Origin: Yuukianura sp. NJ FZ-2021
Taxonomy: Eukaryota
Assembly (NCBI GenBank): GCA_046563655.1
Contig: JAJCTO010000009.1
Location: 1,302,001 to 1,340,924, forward strand
Direction of reading: 5' to 3'
DNA length: 38,924 bases
The stretch's first letter is position 1, and each line of letters starts with the position of its first letter. Shown here in pieces: positions 21,888 to 35,100 of this stretch. A program made the translations under genes and the position numbers. The notes under the pieces were generated by a model. It was not told the DNA's origin, did no database searches, and saw only the letters and a program-made list of their open reading frames with translations.

Positions 21888-24800
21888 AGTGCGACAACTA
21901 GTGTGTTCTTAAGTAAAACACAGTAGCAGTTAGAGGTCAAATGTAGCCAACAACGAGTACAAGCATGATATTCAGCTGTCATGACTAGAGATAGAATTTT
22001 TTACATGTTGGCGTCATGGGGTCTTTCTGCAAAATTTTCTTTTAGTGCAATCGAGAGGTGCCAGGAATCGACATGTGGCGAAAAGTGCGACAACTAGTGT
22101 GTTCTTAAGTAAAACACAGTAGCAGTTAGAGGTCAAATGTAGCCAACAACGAGTACAAGCATGATATTCAGCTGTCATGACTAGAGATAGAATTTTTTAC
22201 ATGTTGGCGTCATGGGGTCTTTCTGCAAAATTTTCTTTTAGTGCAATCGAGAGGTGCCAGGAATCGACATGTGGCGAAAAGTGCGACAACTAGTGTGTTC
22301 TTAAGTAAAACACAGTAGCAGTTAGAGGTCAAATGTAGCCAACAACGAGTACAAGCATGATATTCAGCTGTCATGACTAGAGATAGAATTTTTTACTTGT
22401 TGGCGTCATAAGGTCTTTCTGCAAAATTTTCTTTTAGTACAATCGAGAGGTGCCAGGAATCGACATGTGGCGAAAAGTGCGACAACTAGTGTGTTCTTAA
22501 GTAAAACACAGTAGCAGTTAGAGGTCAAATGTAGCCAACAACGAGTACAAGCATGATATTCAGCTGTCATGACTAGAGATAGAATTTTTTACTTGTTGGC
22601 GTCATGGGGTCTTTCTGCAAAATTTTCTTTAAGTGCAATCGAGAGGTGCCAGGAATCGACATGTGGCGAAAAGTGCGACAACTAGTGTGTTCTTAAGTAA
22701 AACACAGTAGCAGTTAGAGGTCAAATGTAGCCAACAACGAGTACAAGCATGATATTCAGCTGTCATGACTAGAGATAGAATTTTTTACATGTTGGCGTCA
22801 TGGGGTCTTTCTGCAAAATTTTCTTTTAGTGCAATCGAGAGGTGCCAGGAATCGACATGTGGCGAAAAGTGCGACAACTAGTGTGTTCTTAAGTAAAACA
22901 CAGTAGCAGTTAGAGGTCAAATGTAGCCAACAACGAGTACAAGCATGATATTCAGCTGTCATGACTAGAGATAGAATTTTTTGCATGTTGGCGTCATGGG
23001 GTCTTTCTGCAAAATTTTCTTTTAGTGCAATCGAGAGGTGCCAGGAATCGACATGTGGCGAAAAGTGCGACAACTAGTGTGTTCTTAAGTAAAACACAGT
23101 AGCAGTTAGAGGTCAAATGTAGCCAACAACGAGTACAAGCATGATATTCAGCTGTCATGACTAGAGATAGAATTTTTTACTTGTTGGCGTCATGGGGTCT
23201 TTCTGCAAAATTTTCTTTAAGTGCAATCGAGAGGTGCCAGGAATCGACATGTGGCGAACAGTGCGACAACTAGTGTGTTCTTAAGTAAAACACAGTAGCA
23301 GTTAGAGGTCAAATGTAGCCAACAACGAGTACAAGCATGATATTCAGCTGTCATGACTAGAGATAGATTTTTACTTGTTGGCGTCATGGGGTCGTTCTGT
23401 AAAATTTTCTTTTAGTGCAATCGAGAGGTGCCAGGAATCGACATGTGGCGAAAAGTGCGACAACTAGTGTGTTCTTAAGTAAAACACAGTAGCAGTTAGA
23501 AGTCAAATGTAGCCAACAACGCGTACAAGCATGATATTCAGCTGTCATGACTAGAGATAGAATTTTTTACATGTTGGCGTCATGGGGTCTTTCTGCAAAA
23601 TTTTCTTTTAGTGCAATCGAGAGGTGCCAGGAATCGACATGTGGCGAAAAGTGCGACAACTAGTGTGTTCTTAAGTAAAACACAGTAGCAGTTAGAGGTC
23701 AAATGTAGCCAACAACGAGTACAAGCATGATATTCAGCTGTCATGACTAGAGATAGAATTTTTTACTTGTTGGCGTCATGGGGTCGTTCTGTAAAATTTT
23801 CTTTTAGTGCAATCGAGAGGTGCCAGGAATCGACATGTGGCGAAAAGTGCGACAACTAGTGTGTTCTTAAGTAAAACACAGTAGCAGTTAGAGGTCAAAT
23901 GTAGCCAACAACGAGTACAAGCATGATATTCAGCTGTCATGACTAGAGATAGAATTTTTTACTTGTTGGCGTCATGGGGTCTTTCTGCAAAATTTTCTTT
24001 TAGTGCAATCGAGAGGTGCCAGGAATCGACATGTGGCGAAAAGTGCGACAACTAGTGTGTTCTTAAGTAAAACACAGTAGCAGTTAGAAGTCAAATGTAG
24101 CCAACAACGCGTACAAGCATGATATTCAGCTGTCATGACTAGAGATAGAATTTTTTACATGTTGGCGTCATGGGGTCTTTCTGCAAAATTTTCTTTTAGT
24201 GCAATCGAGAGGTGCCAGGAATCGACATGTGGCGAAAAGTGCGACAACTAGTGTGTTCTTAAGTAAAACACAGTAGCAGTTAGAGGTCAAATGTAGCCAA
24301 CAACGAGTACAAGCATGATATTCAGCTGTCATGACTAGAGATAGAATTTTTTACTTGTTGGCGTCATGGGGTCGTTCTGTAAAATTTTCTTTTAGTGCAA
24401 TCGAGAGGTGCCAGGAATCGACATGTGGCGAAAAGTGCGACAACTAGTGTGTTCTTAAGTAAAACACAGTAGCAGTTAGAGGTCAAATGTAGCCAACAAC
24501 GAGTACAAGCATGATATTCAGCTGTCATGACTAGAGATAGAATTTTTTGCATGTTGGCGTCATGGGGTCTTTCTGCAAAATTTTCTTTTAGTGCAATCGA
24601 GAGGTGCCAGGAATCGACATGTGGCGAAAAGTGCGACAACTAGTGTGTTCTTAAGTAAAACACAGTAGCAGTTAGAGGTCAAATGTAGCCAACAACGAGT
24701 ACAAGCATGATATTCAGCTGTCATGACTAGAGATAGAATTTTTTACATGTTGGCGTCATGGGGTCTTTCTGCAAAATTTTCTTTTAGTGCAATCGAGAGG

Positions 24801-27800
24801 TGCCAGGAATCGACATGTGGCGAAAAGTGCGACAACTAGTGTGTTCTTAAGTAAAACACAGTAGCAGTTAGAGGTCAAATGTAGCCAACAACGAGTACAA
24901 GCATGATATTCAGCTGTCATGACTAGAGATAGAATTTTTTACTTGTTGGCGTCATGGGGTCGTTCTGTAAAATTTTCTTTTAGTGCAATCGAGAGGTGCC
25001 AGGAATCGACATGTGGCGAAAAGTGCGACAACTAGTGTGTTCTTAAGTAAAACACAGTAGCAGTTAGAGGTCAAATGTAGCCAACAACGAGTACAAGCAT
25101 GATATTCAGCTGTCATGACTAGAGATAGAATTTTTTGCATGTTGGCGTCATGGGGTCTTTCTGCAAAATTTTCTTTTAGTGCAATCGAGAGGTGCCAGGA
25201 ATCGACATGTGGCGAAAAGTGCGACAACTAGTGTGTTCTTAAGTAAAACACAGTAGCAGTTAGAGGTCAAATGTAGCCAACAACGAGTACAAGCATGATA
25301 TTCAGCTGTCATGACTAGAGATAGAATTTTTTGCATGTTGGCGTCATGGGGTCTTTCTGCAAAATTTTCTTTTAGTGCAATCGAGAGGTGCCAGGAATCG
25401 ACATGTGGCGAAAAGTGCGACAACTAGTGTGTTCTTAAGTAAAACACAGTAGCAGTTAGAGGTCAAATGTAGCCAACAACGAGTACAAGCATGATATTCA
25501 GCTGTCATGACTAGAGATAGAATTTTTTGCATGTTGGCGTCATGGGGTCTTTCTGCAAAATTTTCTTTTAGTGCAATCGAGAGGTGCCAGGAATCGACAT
25601 GTGGCGAAAAGTGCGACAACTAGTGTGTTCTTAAGTAAAACACAGTAGCAGTTAGAGGTCAAATGTAGCCAACAACGAGTACAAGCATGATATTCAGCTG
25701 TCATGACTAGAGATAGAATTTTTTGCATGTTGGCGTCATGGGGTCTTTCTGCAAAATTTTCTTTTAGTGCAATCGAGAGGTGCCAGGAATCGACATGTGG
25801 CGAAAAGTGCGACAACTAGTGTGTTCTTAAGTAAAACACAGTAGCAGTTAGAGGTCAAATGTAGCCAACAACGAGTACAAGCATGATATTCAGCTGTCAT
25901 GACTAGAGATAGAATTTTTTACATGTTGGCGTCATGGGGTCTTTCTGCAAAATTTTCTTTTAGTGCAATCGAGAGGTGCCAGGAATCGACATGTGGCGAA
26001 AAGTGCGACAACTAGTGTGTTCTTAAGTAAAACACAGTAGCAGTTAGAGGTCAAATGTAGCCAACAACGAGTACAAGCATGATATTCAGCTGTCATGACT
26101 AGAGATAGAATTTTTTGCATGTTGGCGTCATGGGGTCTTTCTGCAAAATTTTCTTTTAGTGCAATCGAGAGGTGCCAGGAATCGACATGTGGCGAAAAGT
26201 GCGACAACTAGTGTGTTCTTAAGTAAAACACAGTAGCAGTTAGAGGTCAAATGTAGCCAACAACGAGTACAAGCATGATATTCAGCTGTCATGACTAGAG
26301 ATAGAATTTTTTGCATGTTGGCGTCATGGGGTCTTTCTGCAAAATTTTCTTTTAGTGCAATCGAGAGGTGCCAGGAATCGACATGTGGCGAAAAGTGCGA
26401 CAACTAGTGTGTTCTTAAGTAAAACACAGTAGCAGTTAGAGGTCAAATGTAGCCAACAACGAGTACAAGCATGATATTCAGCTGTCATGACTAGAGATAG
26501 AATTTTTTACTTGTTGGCGTCATGGGGTCGTTCTGTAAAATTTTCTTTTAGTGCAATCGAGAGGTGCCAGGAATCGACATGTGGCGAAAAGTGCGACAAC
26601 TAGTGTGTTCTTAAGTAAAACACAGTAGCAGTTAGAGGTCAAATGTAGCCAACAACGAGTACAAGCATGATATTCAGCTGTCATGACTAGAGATAGAATT
26701 TTTTACATGTTGGCGTCATGGGGTCGTTCTGTAAAATTTTCTTTTAGTGCAATCGAGAGGTGCCAGGAATCGACATGTGGCGAAAAGTGCGACAACTAGT
26801 GTGTTCTTAAGTAAAACACAGTAGCAGTTAGAGGTCAAATGTAGCCAACAACGAGTACAAGCATGATATTCAGCTGTCATGACTAGAGATAGAATTTTTT
26901 ACATGTTGGCGTCATGGGGTCTTTCTGCAAAATTTTCTTTTAGTGCAATCGAGAGGTGCCAGGAATCGACATGTGGCGAAAAGTGCGACAACTAGTGTGT
27001 TCTTAAGTAAAACACAGTAGCAGTTAGAGGTCAAATGTAGCCAACAACGAGTACAAGCATGATATTCAGCTGTCATGACTAGAGATAGAATTTTTTACAT
27101 TGTTGGCGTCATGGGGTCTTTCTGCAAAATTTTCTTTTAGTGCAATCGAGAGGTGCCAGGAATCGACATGTGGCGAAAAGTGCGACAACTAGTGTGTTCT
27201 TAAGTAAAACACAGTAGCAGTTAGAGGTCAAATGTAGCCAACAACGAGTACAAGCATGATATTCAGCTGTCATGACTAGAGATAGAATTTTTTACATGTT
27301 GGCGTCATGGGGTCTTTCTGCAAAATTTTCTTTTAGTGCAATCGAGAGGTGCCAGGAATCGACATGTGGCGAAAAGTGCGACAACTAGTGTGTTCTTAAG
27401 TAAAACACAGTAGCAGTTAGAGGTCAAATGTAGCCAACAACGAGTACAAGCATGATATTCAGCTGTCATGACTAGAGATAGAATTTTTTGCATGTTGGCG
27501 TCATGGGGTCTTTCTGCAAAATTTTCTTTTAAGTGCAATCGAGAGGTGCCAGGAATCGACATGTGGCGAAAAGTGCGACAACTAGTGTGTTCTTAAGTAA
27601 AACACAGTAGCAGTTAGAGGTCAAATGTAGCCAACAACGAGTACAAGCATGATATTCAGCTGTCATGACTAGAGATAGAATTTTTTACATGTTGGCGTCA
27701 TGGGGTCTTTCTGCAAAATTTTCTTTTAGTGCAATCGAGAGGTGCCAGGAATCGACATGTGGCGAAAAGTGCGACAACTAGTGTGTTCTTAAGTAAAACA

Positions 27801-30800
27801 CAGTAGCAGTTAGAGGTCAAATGTAGCCAACAACGAGTACAAGCATGATATTCAGCTGTCATGACTAGAGATAGAATTTTTTGCATGTTGGCGTCATGGG
27901 GTCTTTCTGCAAAATTTTCTTTTAGTGCAATCGAGAGGTGCCAGGAATCGACATGTGGCGAAAAGTGCGACAACTAGTGTGTTCTTAAGTAAAACACAGT
28001 AGCAGTTAGAGGTCAAATGTAGCCAACAACGAGTACAAGCATGATATTCAGCTGTCATGACTAGAGATAGAATTTTTTACTTGTTGGCGTCATGGGGTCT
28101 TTCTGCAAAATTTTCTTTAGTGCAATCGAGAGGTGCCAGGAATCGACATGTGGCGAACAGTGCGACAACTAGTGTGTTCTTAAGTAAAACACAGTAGCAG
28201 TTAGAGGTCAAATGTAGCCAACAACGAGTACAAGCATGATATTCAGCTGTCATGACTAGAGATAGATTTTTTTACTTGTTGGCGTCATGGGGTCGTTCTG
28301 TAAAATTTTCTTTTAGTGCAATCGAGAGGTGCCAGGAATCGACATGTGGCGAAAAGTGCGACAACTAGTGTGTTCTTAAGTAAAACACAGTAGCAGTTAG
28401 AAGTCAAATGTAGCCAACAACGCGTACAAGCATGATATTCAGCTGTCATGACTAGAGATAGAATTTTTTACATGTTGGCGTCATGGGGTCTTTCTGCAAA
28501 ATTTTCTTTTAGTGCAATCGAGAGGTGCCAGGAATCGACATGTGGCGAAAAGTGCAACAACTAGTGTGTTCTTAAGTAAAACACAGTAGCAGTTAGAGGT
28601 CAAATGTAGCCAACAACGAGTACAAGCATGATATTCAGCTGTCATGACTAGAGATAGAATTTTTTACTTGTTGGCGTCATGGGGTCGTTCTGTAAAATTT
28701 TCTTTTAGTGCAATCGAGAGGTGCCAGGAATCGACATGTGGCGAAAAGTGCGACAACTAGTGTGTTCTTAAGTAAAACACAGTAGCAGTTAGAGGTCAAA
28801 TGTAGCCAACAACGAGTACAAGCATGATATTCAGCTGTCATGACTAGAGATAGAATTTTTTGCATGTTGGCGTCATGGGGTCTTTCTGCAAAATTTTCTT
28901 TTAGTGCAATCGAGAGGTGCCAGGAATCGACATGTGGCGAAAAGTGCGACAACTAGTGTGTTCTTAAGTAAAACACAGTAGCAGTTAGAAGTCAAATGTA
29001 GCCAACAACGCGTACAAGCATGATATTCAGCTGTCATGACTAGAGATAGAATTTTTTACATGTTGGCGTCATGGGGTCTTTCTGCAAAATTTTCTTTTAG
29101 TGCAATCGAGAGGTGCCAGGAATCGACATGTGGCGAAAAGTGCAACAACTAGTGTGTTCTTAAGTAAAACACAGTAGCAGTTAGAGGTCAAATGTAGCCA
29201 ACAACGAGTACAAGCATGATATTCAGCTGTCATGACTAGAGATAGAATTTTTTACTTGTTGGCGTCATGGGGTCGTTCTGTAAAATTTTCTTTTAGTGCA
29301 ATCGAGAGGTGCCAGGAATCGACATGTGGCGAAAAGTGCGACAACTAGTGTGTTCTTAAGTAAAACACAGTAGCAGTTAGAGGTCAAATGTAGCCAACAA
29401 CGAGTACAAGCATGATATTCAGCTGTCATGACTAGAGATAGAATTTTTTACATGTTGGCGTCATGGGGTCTTTCTGCAAAATTTTCTTTTAGTGCAATCG
29501 AGAGGTGCCAGGAATCGACATGTGGCGAAAAGTGCGACAACTAGTGTGTTCTTAAGTAAAACACAGTAGCAGTTAGAGGTCAAATGTAGCCAACAACGAG
29601 TACAAGCATGATATTCAGCTGTCATGACTAGAGATAGAATTTTTTACATGTTGGCGTCATGGGGTCTTTCTGCACAATTTTCTTTTAGTGCAATCGAGAG
29701 GTGCCAGGAATCGACATGTGGCGAAAAGTGCGACAACTAGTGTGTTCTTAAGTAAAACACAGTAGCAGTTAGAGGTCAAATGTAGCCAACAACGAGTACA
29801 AGCATGATATTCAGCTGTCATGACTAGAGATAGAATTTTTTACTTGTTGGCGTCATGGGGTCGTTCTGTAAAATTTTCTTTTAGTGCAATCGAGAGGTGC
29901 CAGGAATCGACATGTGGCGAAAAGTGCGACAACTAGTGTGTTCTTAAGTAAAACACAGTAGCAGTTAGAGGTCAAATGTAGCCAACAACGAGTACAAGCA
30001 TGATATTCAGCTGTCATGACTAGAGGTAGAATTTTTTACTTGTTGGCGTCATGGGGTCTTTCTGCAAAATTTTCTTTTAGTGCAATCGAGAGGTGCCAGG
30101 AATCGACATGTGGCGAAAAGTGCGACAACTAGTGTGTTCTTAAGTAAAACACAGTAGCAGTTAGAGGTCAAATGTAGCCAACAACGAGTACAAGCATGAT
30201 ATTCAGCTGTCATGACTAGAGATAGAATTTTTTGCATGTTGGCGTCATGGGGTCTTTCTGCAAAATTTTCTTTTAGTGCAATCGAGAGGTGCCAGGAATC
30301 GACATGTGGCGAAAAGTGCGACAACTAGTGTGTTCTTAAGTAAAACACAGTAGCAGTTAGAGGTCAAATGTAGCCAACAACGAGTACAAGCATGATATTC
30401 AGCTGTCATGACTAGAGATAGAATTTTTTGCATGTTGGCGTCATGGGGTCTTTCTGCAAAATTTTCTTTTAGTGCAATCGAGAGGTGCCAGGAATCGACA
30501 TGTGGCGAAAAGTGCGACAACTAGTGTGTTCTTAAGTAAAACACAGTAGCAGTTAGAGGTCAAATGTAGCCAACAACGAGTACAAGCATGATATTCAGCT
30601 GTCATGACTAGAGGTAGAAATTTTACTTGTTGGCGTCATGGGGTCTTTCTGCAAAATTTTCTTTTAGTGCAATCGAGAGGTGCCAGGAATCGACATGTGG
30701 CGAAAAGTGCGACAACTAGTGTGTTCTTAAGTAAAACACAGTAGCAGTTAGAGGTCAAATGTAGCCAACAACGAGTACAAGCATGATATTCAGCTGTCAT

Positions 30801-32118
30801 GACTAGAGATAGAATTTTTTACTTGTTGGCGTCATGGGGTCTTTTCTGCAAAATTTTCTTTTAGTGCAATCGAGAGGTGCCAGGAATCGACATGTGGCGA
30901 AAAGTGCGACAACTAGTGTGTTCTTAAGTAAAACACAGTAGCAGTTAGAGGTCAAATGTAGCCAACAACGAGTACAAGCATGATATTCAGCTGTCATGAC
31001 TAGAGATAGAATTTTTTACATGTTGGCGTCATGGGGTCTTTCTGCAAAATTTTCTTTTAGTGCAATCGAGAGGTGCCAGGAATCGACATGTGGCGAAAAG
31101 TGCGACAACTAGTGTGTTCTTAAGTAAAACACAGTAGCAGTTAGAGGTCAAATGTAGCCAACAACGAGTACAAGCATGATATTCAGCTGTCATGACTAGA
31201 GATAGAATTTTTTACATGTTGGCGTCATGGGGTCTTTCTGCAAAATTTTCTTTTAGTGCAATCGAGAGGTGCCAGGAATCGACATGTGGCGAAAAGTGCG
31301 ACAACTAGTGTGTTCTTAAGTAAAACACAGTAGGAGTTAGAGGTCAAATGTAGCCAACAACGAGTACAAGCATGATATTCAGCTGTCATGACTAGAAGTA
31401 GAATTTTTTACTTGTTGGCGTCATGGGGTCGTTCTGTAAAATTTTCTTTTAGTGCAATCGAGAGGTGCCAGGAATCGGCATGTGGCGAAAAGTGCGACAA
31501 CTAGTGTGTTCTTAAGTAAAACACAGTAGGAGTTAGAGGTCAGATGTAGCCAACAACGAGTACAAGCATGATATTCAGCTGTCATGACTAGAGATAGAAT
31601 TTTTTACATGTTGGCGTCATGGGGTCGTTCTGTAAAATTTTCTTTTAGTGCAATCGAGAGGTGCCAGGAATCGACATGTGGCGAAAAGTGCGACAACTAG
31701 TGTGTTCTTAAGTAAAACACAGTAGCAGTTAGAGGTCAAATGTAGCCAACAACGAGTACAAGCATGATATTCAGCTGTCATGACTAGAGATAGAATTTTT
31801 TACTTGTTGGCGTCATGGGGTCGTTCTGTAAAATTTTCTTTTAGTGCAATCGAGAGGTGCCAGGAATCGACATGTGGCGAAAAGTGCGACAACTAGTGTG
31901 TTTTTAAGTAAAACACAGTAGCAGTTAGAGGTCAAATGTAGCCAACAACGAGTACAAGCATGATATTCAGCTGTCATGACTAGAGATAGAATTTTTTACT
32001 TGTTGGCGTCATGGGGTCGTTCTGCAAAATTTTCTTTTAGTGCAATCGAGAGGTGCCAGGAATCGACATGTGGCGAAAAGTGCGACAACTAGTGTGTTCT
32101 TAAGTAAAACACAGTAGC
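21885..32118. repeat. Satellite B, 196-bp tandem monomer, ~52 highly homogeneous copies
   Basis: aaaagtgcgacaactagtgtgttcttaag recurs at 21885, 22081, 22277 and onward every 196 bp. There are few variable sites (acatg/acttg/gcatg; gtctttctgc/gtcgttctgt). Confidence 0.98.
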
Positions 32119-32154
32119 CATATGGATTTCCGGTGAAATCACAGTAGCCACATG
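32119..32154. other. Filler DNA at the SatB/SatC junction, built from copies of both flanks
   Basis: 32120-32140 is the perfect reverse complement of SatC 32155-32175. 32140-32150 repeats cacagtagcca from 32110-32120. Confidence 0.9.
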
Positions 32155-35100
32155 GATTTCACCGGAAATCCATATTTCTCGAGATACAGCCATTTTGTGA
32201 ATTTGCAGAGCAATTTAACCCCCTTCAAAATTCTAGAAAAACTACCTTTCTAAATGTCCACATTTGAAAGTGTACTCACACCAATTTCAAGTCGGTGAAT
32301 CCGAATTTGCAATTAGATTTCACCGGAAATCCATATTTCTCGAGATACAGCCATTTTGTGAATTTGCAGAGCAATTTAACCCCTTCAAAATTCTAGAAAA
32401 ACTACCTTTCTAAATGTCCACATTTGAAAGTGTATTCACACCAATTTCAAGTCGGTGAATCCGAATTTGCAATTAGATTTCACCGGAAATCCATATTTCT
32501 CGAGATACAGCCATTTTGTGAATTTGCAGAGCAATTTAACCCCCTCAAAATTCTAGAAAAACTACCTTTCTAAATGTCCACCTTTGAAAGTGTACTCACA
32601 TCAATTTCAAGTCGGTGAATCGGAATTTGCAATTAGATTTCACCGGAAATCCATATTTCTCAAGATACAGCCATTTTGTGAATTTGCAGAGCAATTTAAC
32701 CCCCTTCAAAATTCTAAAAAAAATTACTTTTCTAAATGTCCACCTATGAAAGTGTACTCACATCAATTTCAAGTCGGTGAATCCGAATTTGCAAGTAGAT
32801 TTCACCGGCAATCCATATTTCTCGAGATACAGCCATTTTGTGAATTTGCAGAGCAATTTAACCCCCTTCAAAATTCTAGAAAAACTGCCTTTCTAAATAC
32901 CCAAGTTTGATAGTGTACTCACATCAATTTCAAGTCGGTGAATCGGAATTTGCAATTAGATTTCACCGGAAATCCATATTTCTCGAGATACAGCAATTTT
33001 GTGAATAAGCAGAGCAATTTAACCCCCTTCAAAATTCTAGAAAAACTGCCTTTCTAAATACCCACCTTTGATAGTGTACTCACATCAATTTCAAGTCGGT
33101 GAATCGGAATTTGCAATTAGATTTCACCGGAAATCCATATTTCTCGAGATACAGCCATTTTGTGAATTTGCAGAGCAATTTTTCCCCCTACAAAATTCTA
33201 GAAAAACTACCTTTCTAAATGTCCACCTTTGAAAGTGTACTCACATCAATTTCAAGTCGGTGAATCCGAATTTGCAATTCGATTTCACCGGAAATCCATA
33301 TTTCTCGAGATACAGCCATTTTGTGAATTTGCAGAGCAATTTAACCCCCTTCAAAATTCTAGAAAAACTACCTTTCTAAATGTCCACCTTTGAAAGTGTA
33401 CTCACACCAATTTCAAGTCGGTGAATCGGAATTTGCAATTAGATTTCACCGGAAATCCATATTTCTCAAGATACAGCCATTTTGTGAATTTGCAGAGCAA
33501 TTTAACCCCCTTCAAAATTCTAGAAAAACTGCCTTTCTAAATACCCAAGTTTGATAGTGTACTCACATCAATTTCAAGTCGGTGAATCGGAATTTGCAAT
33601 TAGATTTCACCGGAAATCCATATTTCTCGAGATACAGCCATTTTGTGAATTTGCAGAGCAATTTAACCCCCTTCAAAATTCTAGAAAAACTGCCTTTCTA
33701 AATACCCACCTTTGATAGTGTACTCACATCAATTTCAAGTCGGTGAATCGGAATTTGCAATTAGATTTCACCGGAAATCCATATTTCTCGAGATACAGCC
33801 ATTTTGTGAATTTGCAGAGCAATTTTCCCCCTACAAAATTCTAGAAAAACTACCTTTCTAAATGTCCACCTTTGAAAGTGTACTCACATCAATTTCAAGT
33901 CGGTGAATCCGAATTTGCAATTAGATTTCACCGGAAATCCATATTTCTCGAGATACAGCCATTTTGTGAATTTGCAGAGCAATTTAACCCCTTCAAAATT
34001 CTAGAAAAACTACCTTTCTAAATGTCCACCTTTGAAAGTGTACTCACACATCAATTTCAAGTCGGTGAATCCGAATTTGCAATTAGATTTCACCGGAAAT
34101 CCATATTTCTCGAGATACAGCCATTTTGTGAATTTGCAGAGCAATTTAACCCCCTTCAAAATTCTAGAAAAACTACCTTTCTAAATGTCAACATTTGAAA
34201 GTGTATTCACACCAATTTCAAGTCGGTGAATCCGAATTTGCAATTAGATTTCACCGGAAATCCATATTTCTCGAGATACAGCCATTTTGTGAATTTGCAG
34301 AGCAATTTAACCCCCTTCAAAATTCTAGAAAAACTACCTTTCTAAATGTCCACCTTTGAAAGTGTACTCACATCAATTTCAAGTCGGTGAATCCGAATTT
34401 GCAATTAGATTTCACCGGAAATCTATATTTCTCGAGATACAGCCATTTTGTGAATTTGCAGAGCAATTTTTCCCCCTACAAAATTCTAGAAAAACTACCT
34501 TTCTAAATGTCCACCTTTGAAAGTGTACTCACACCAATTTCAAGTCGGTGAATCCGAATTTGCAATTAGATTTCACCGGAAATCTATATTTCTCGAGATA
34601 CAGCCGTTTTGTGAATTTGCAGAGCAATTTTTCCCCCTACAAAATTCTAGAAAAACTACCTTTCTAAATGTCCACCTTTGAAAGTGTACTCACATCAATT
34701 TCAAGTCGGTGAATCCGAATTTGCAAGTAGATTTCACCGGAAATCCATATTTCTCGAGATACAGCCATTTTGTGAATTTGCAGAGCAATTTTACGGCCTA
34801 CAAAATTTTAGAAAAACTACCTTTCTAAATGTCCACCTTTGAAAGTGTACTCACATCAATTTCAAGTCGGTGAATCCGAATTTGCAAGTAGATTTCACCG
34901 GCAATCCATATTTCTCGAGATACAGCCATTTTGTGAATTTGCAGAGCAATTTAACCCCCTTCAAAATTCTAGAAAAACTGCCTTTCTAAATACCCACCTT
35001 TGAAAGTGTACTCACATCAATTTCAAGTCGGTGAATCCGAATTTGCAAGTAGATTTCACCGGAAATCCATATTTCTCGAGATGCAGCCATTTTGTGAATT

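Noticed and set aside
22798..30997. Repeated 91-aa ORF (MSHFSPHVDSW...) on the minus strand of SatB
   Set aside because: It appears only where one SNP (ttgcatg) removes a stop, overlaps itself every 196 bp (not a multiple of 3), and has no recognisable domain.
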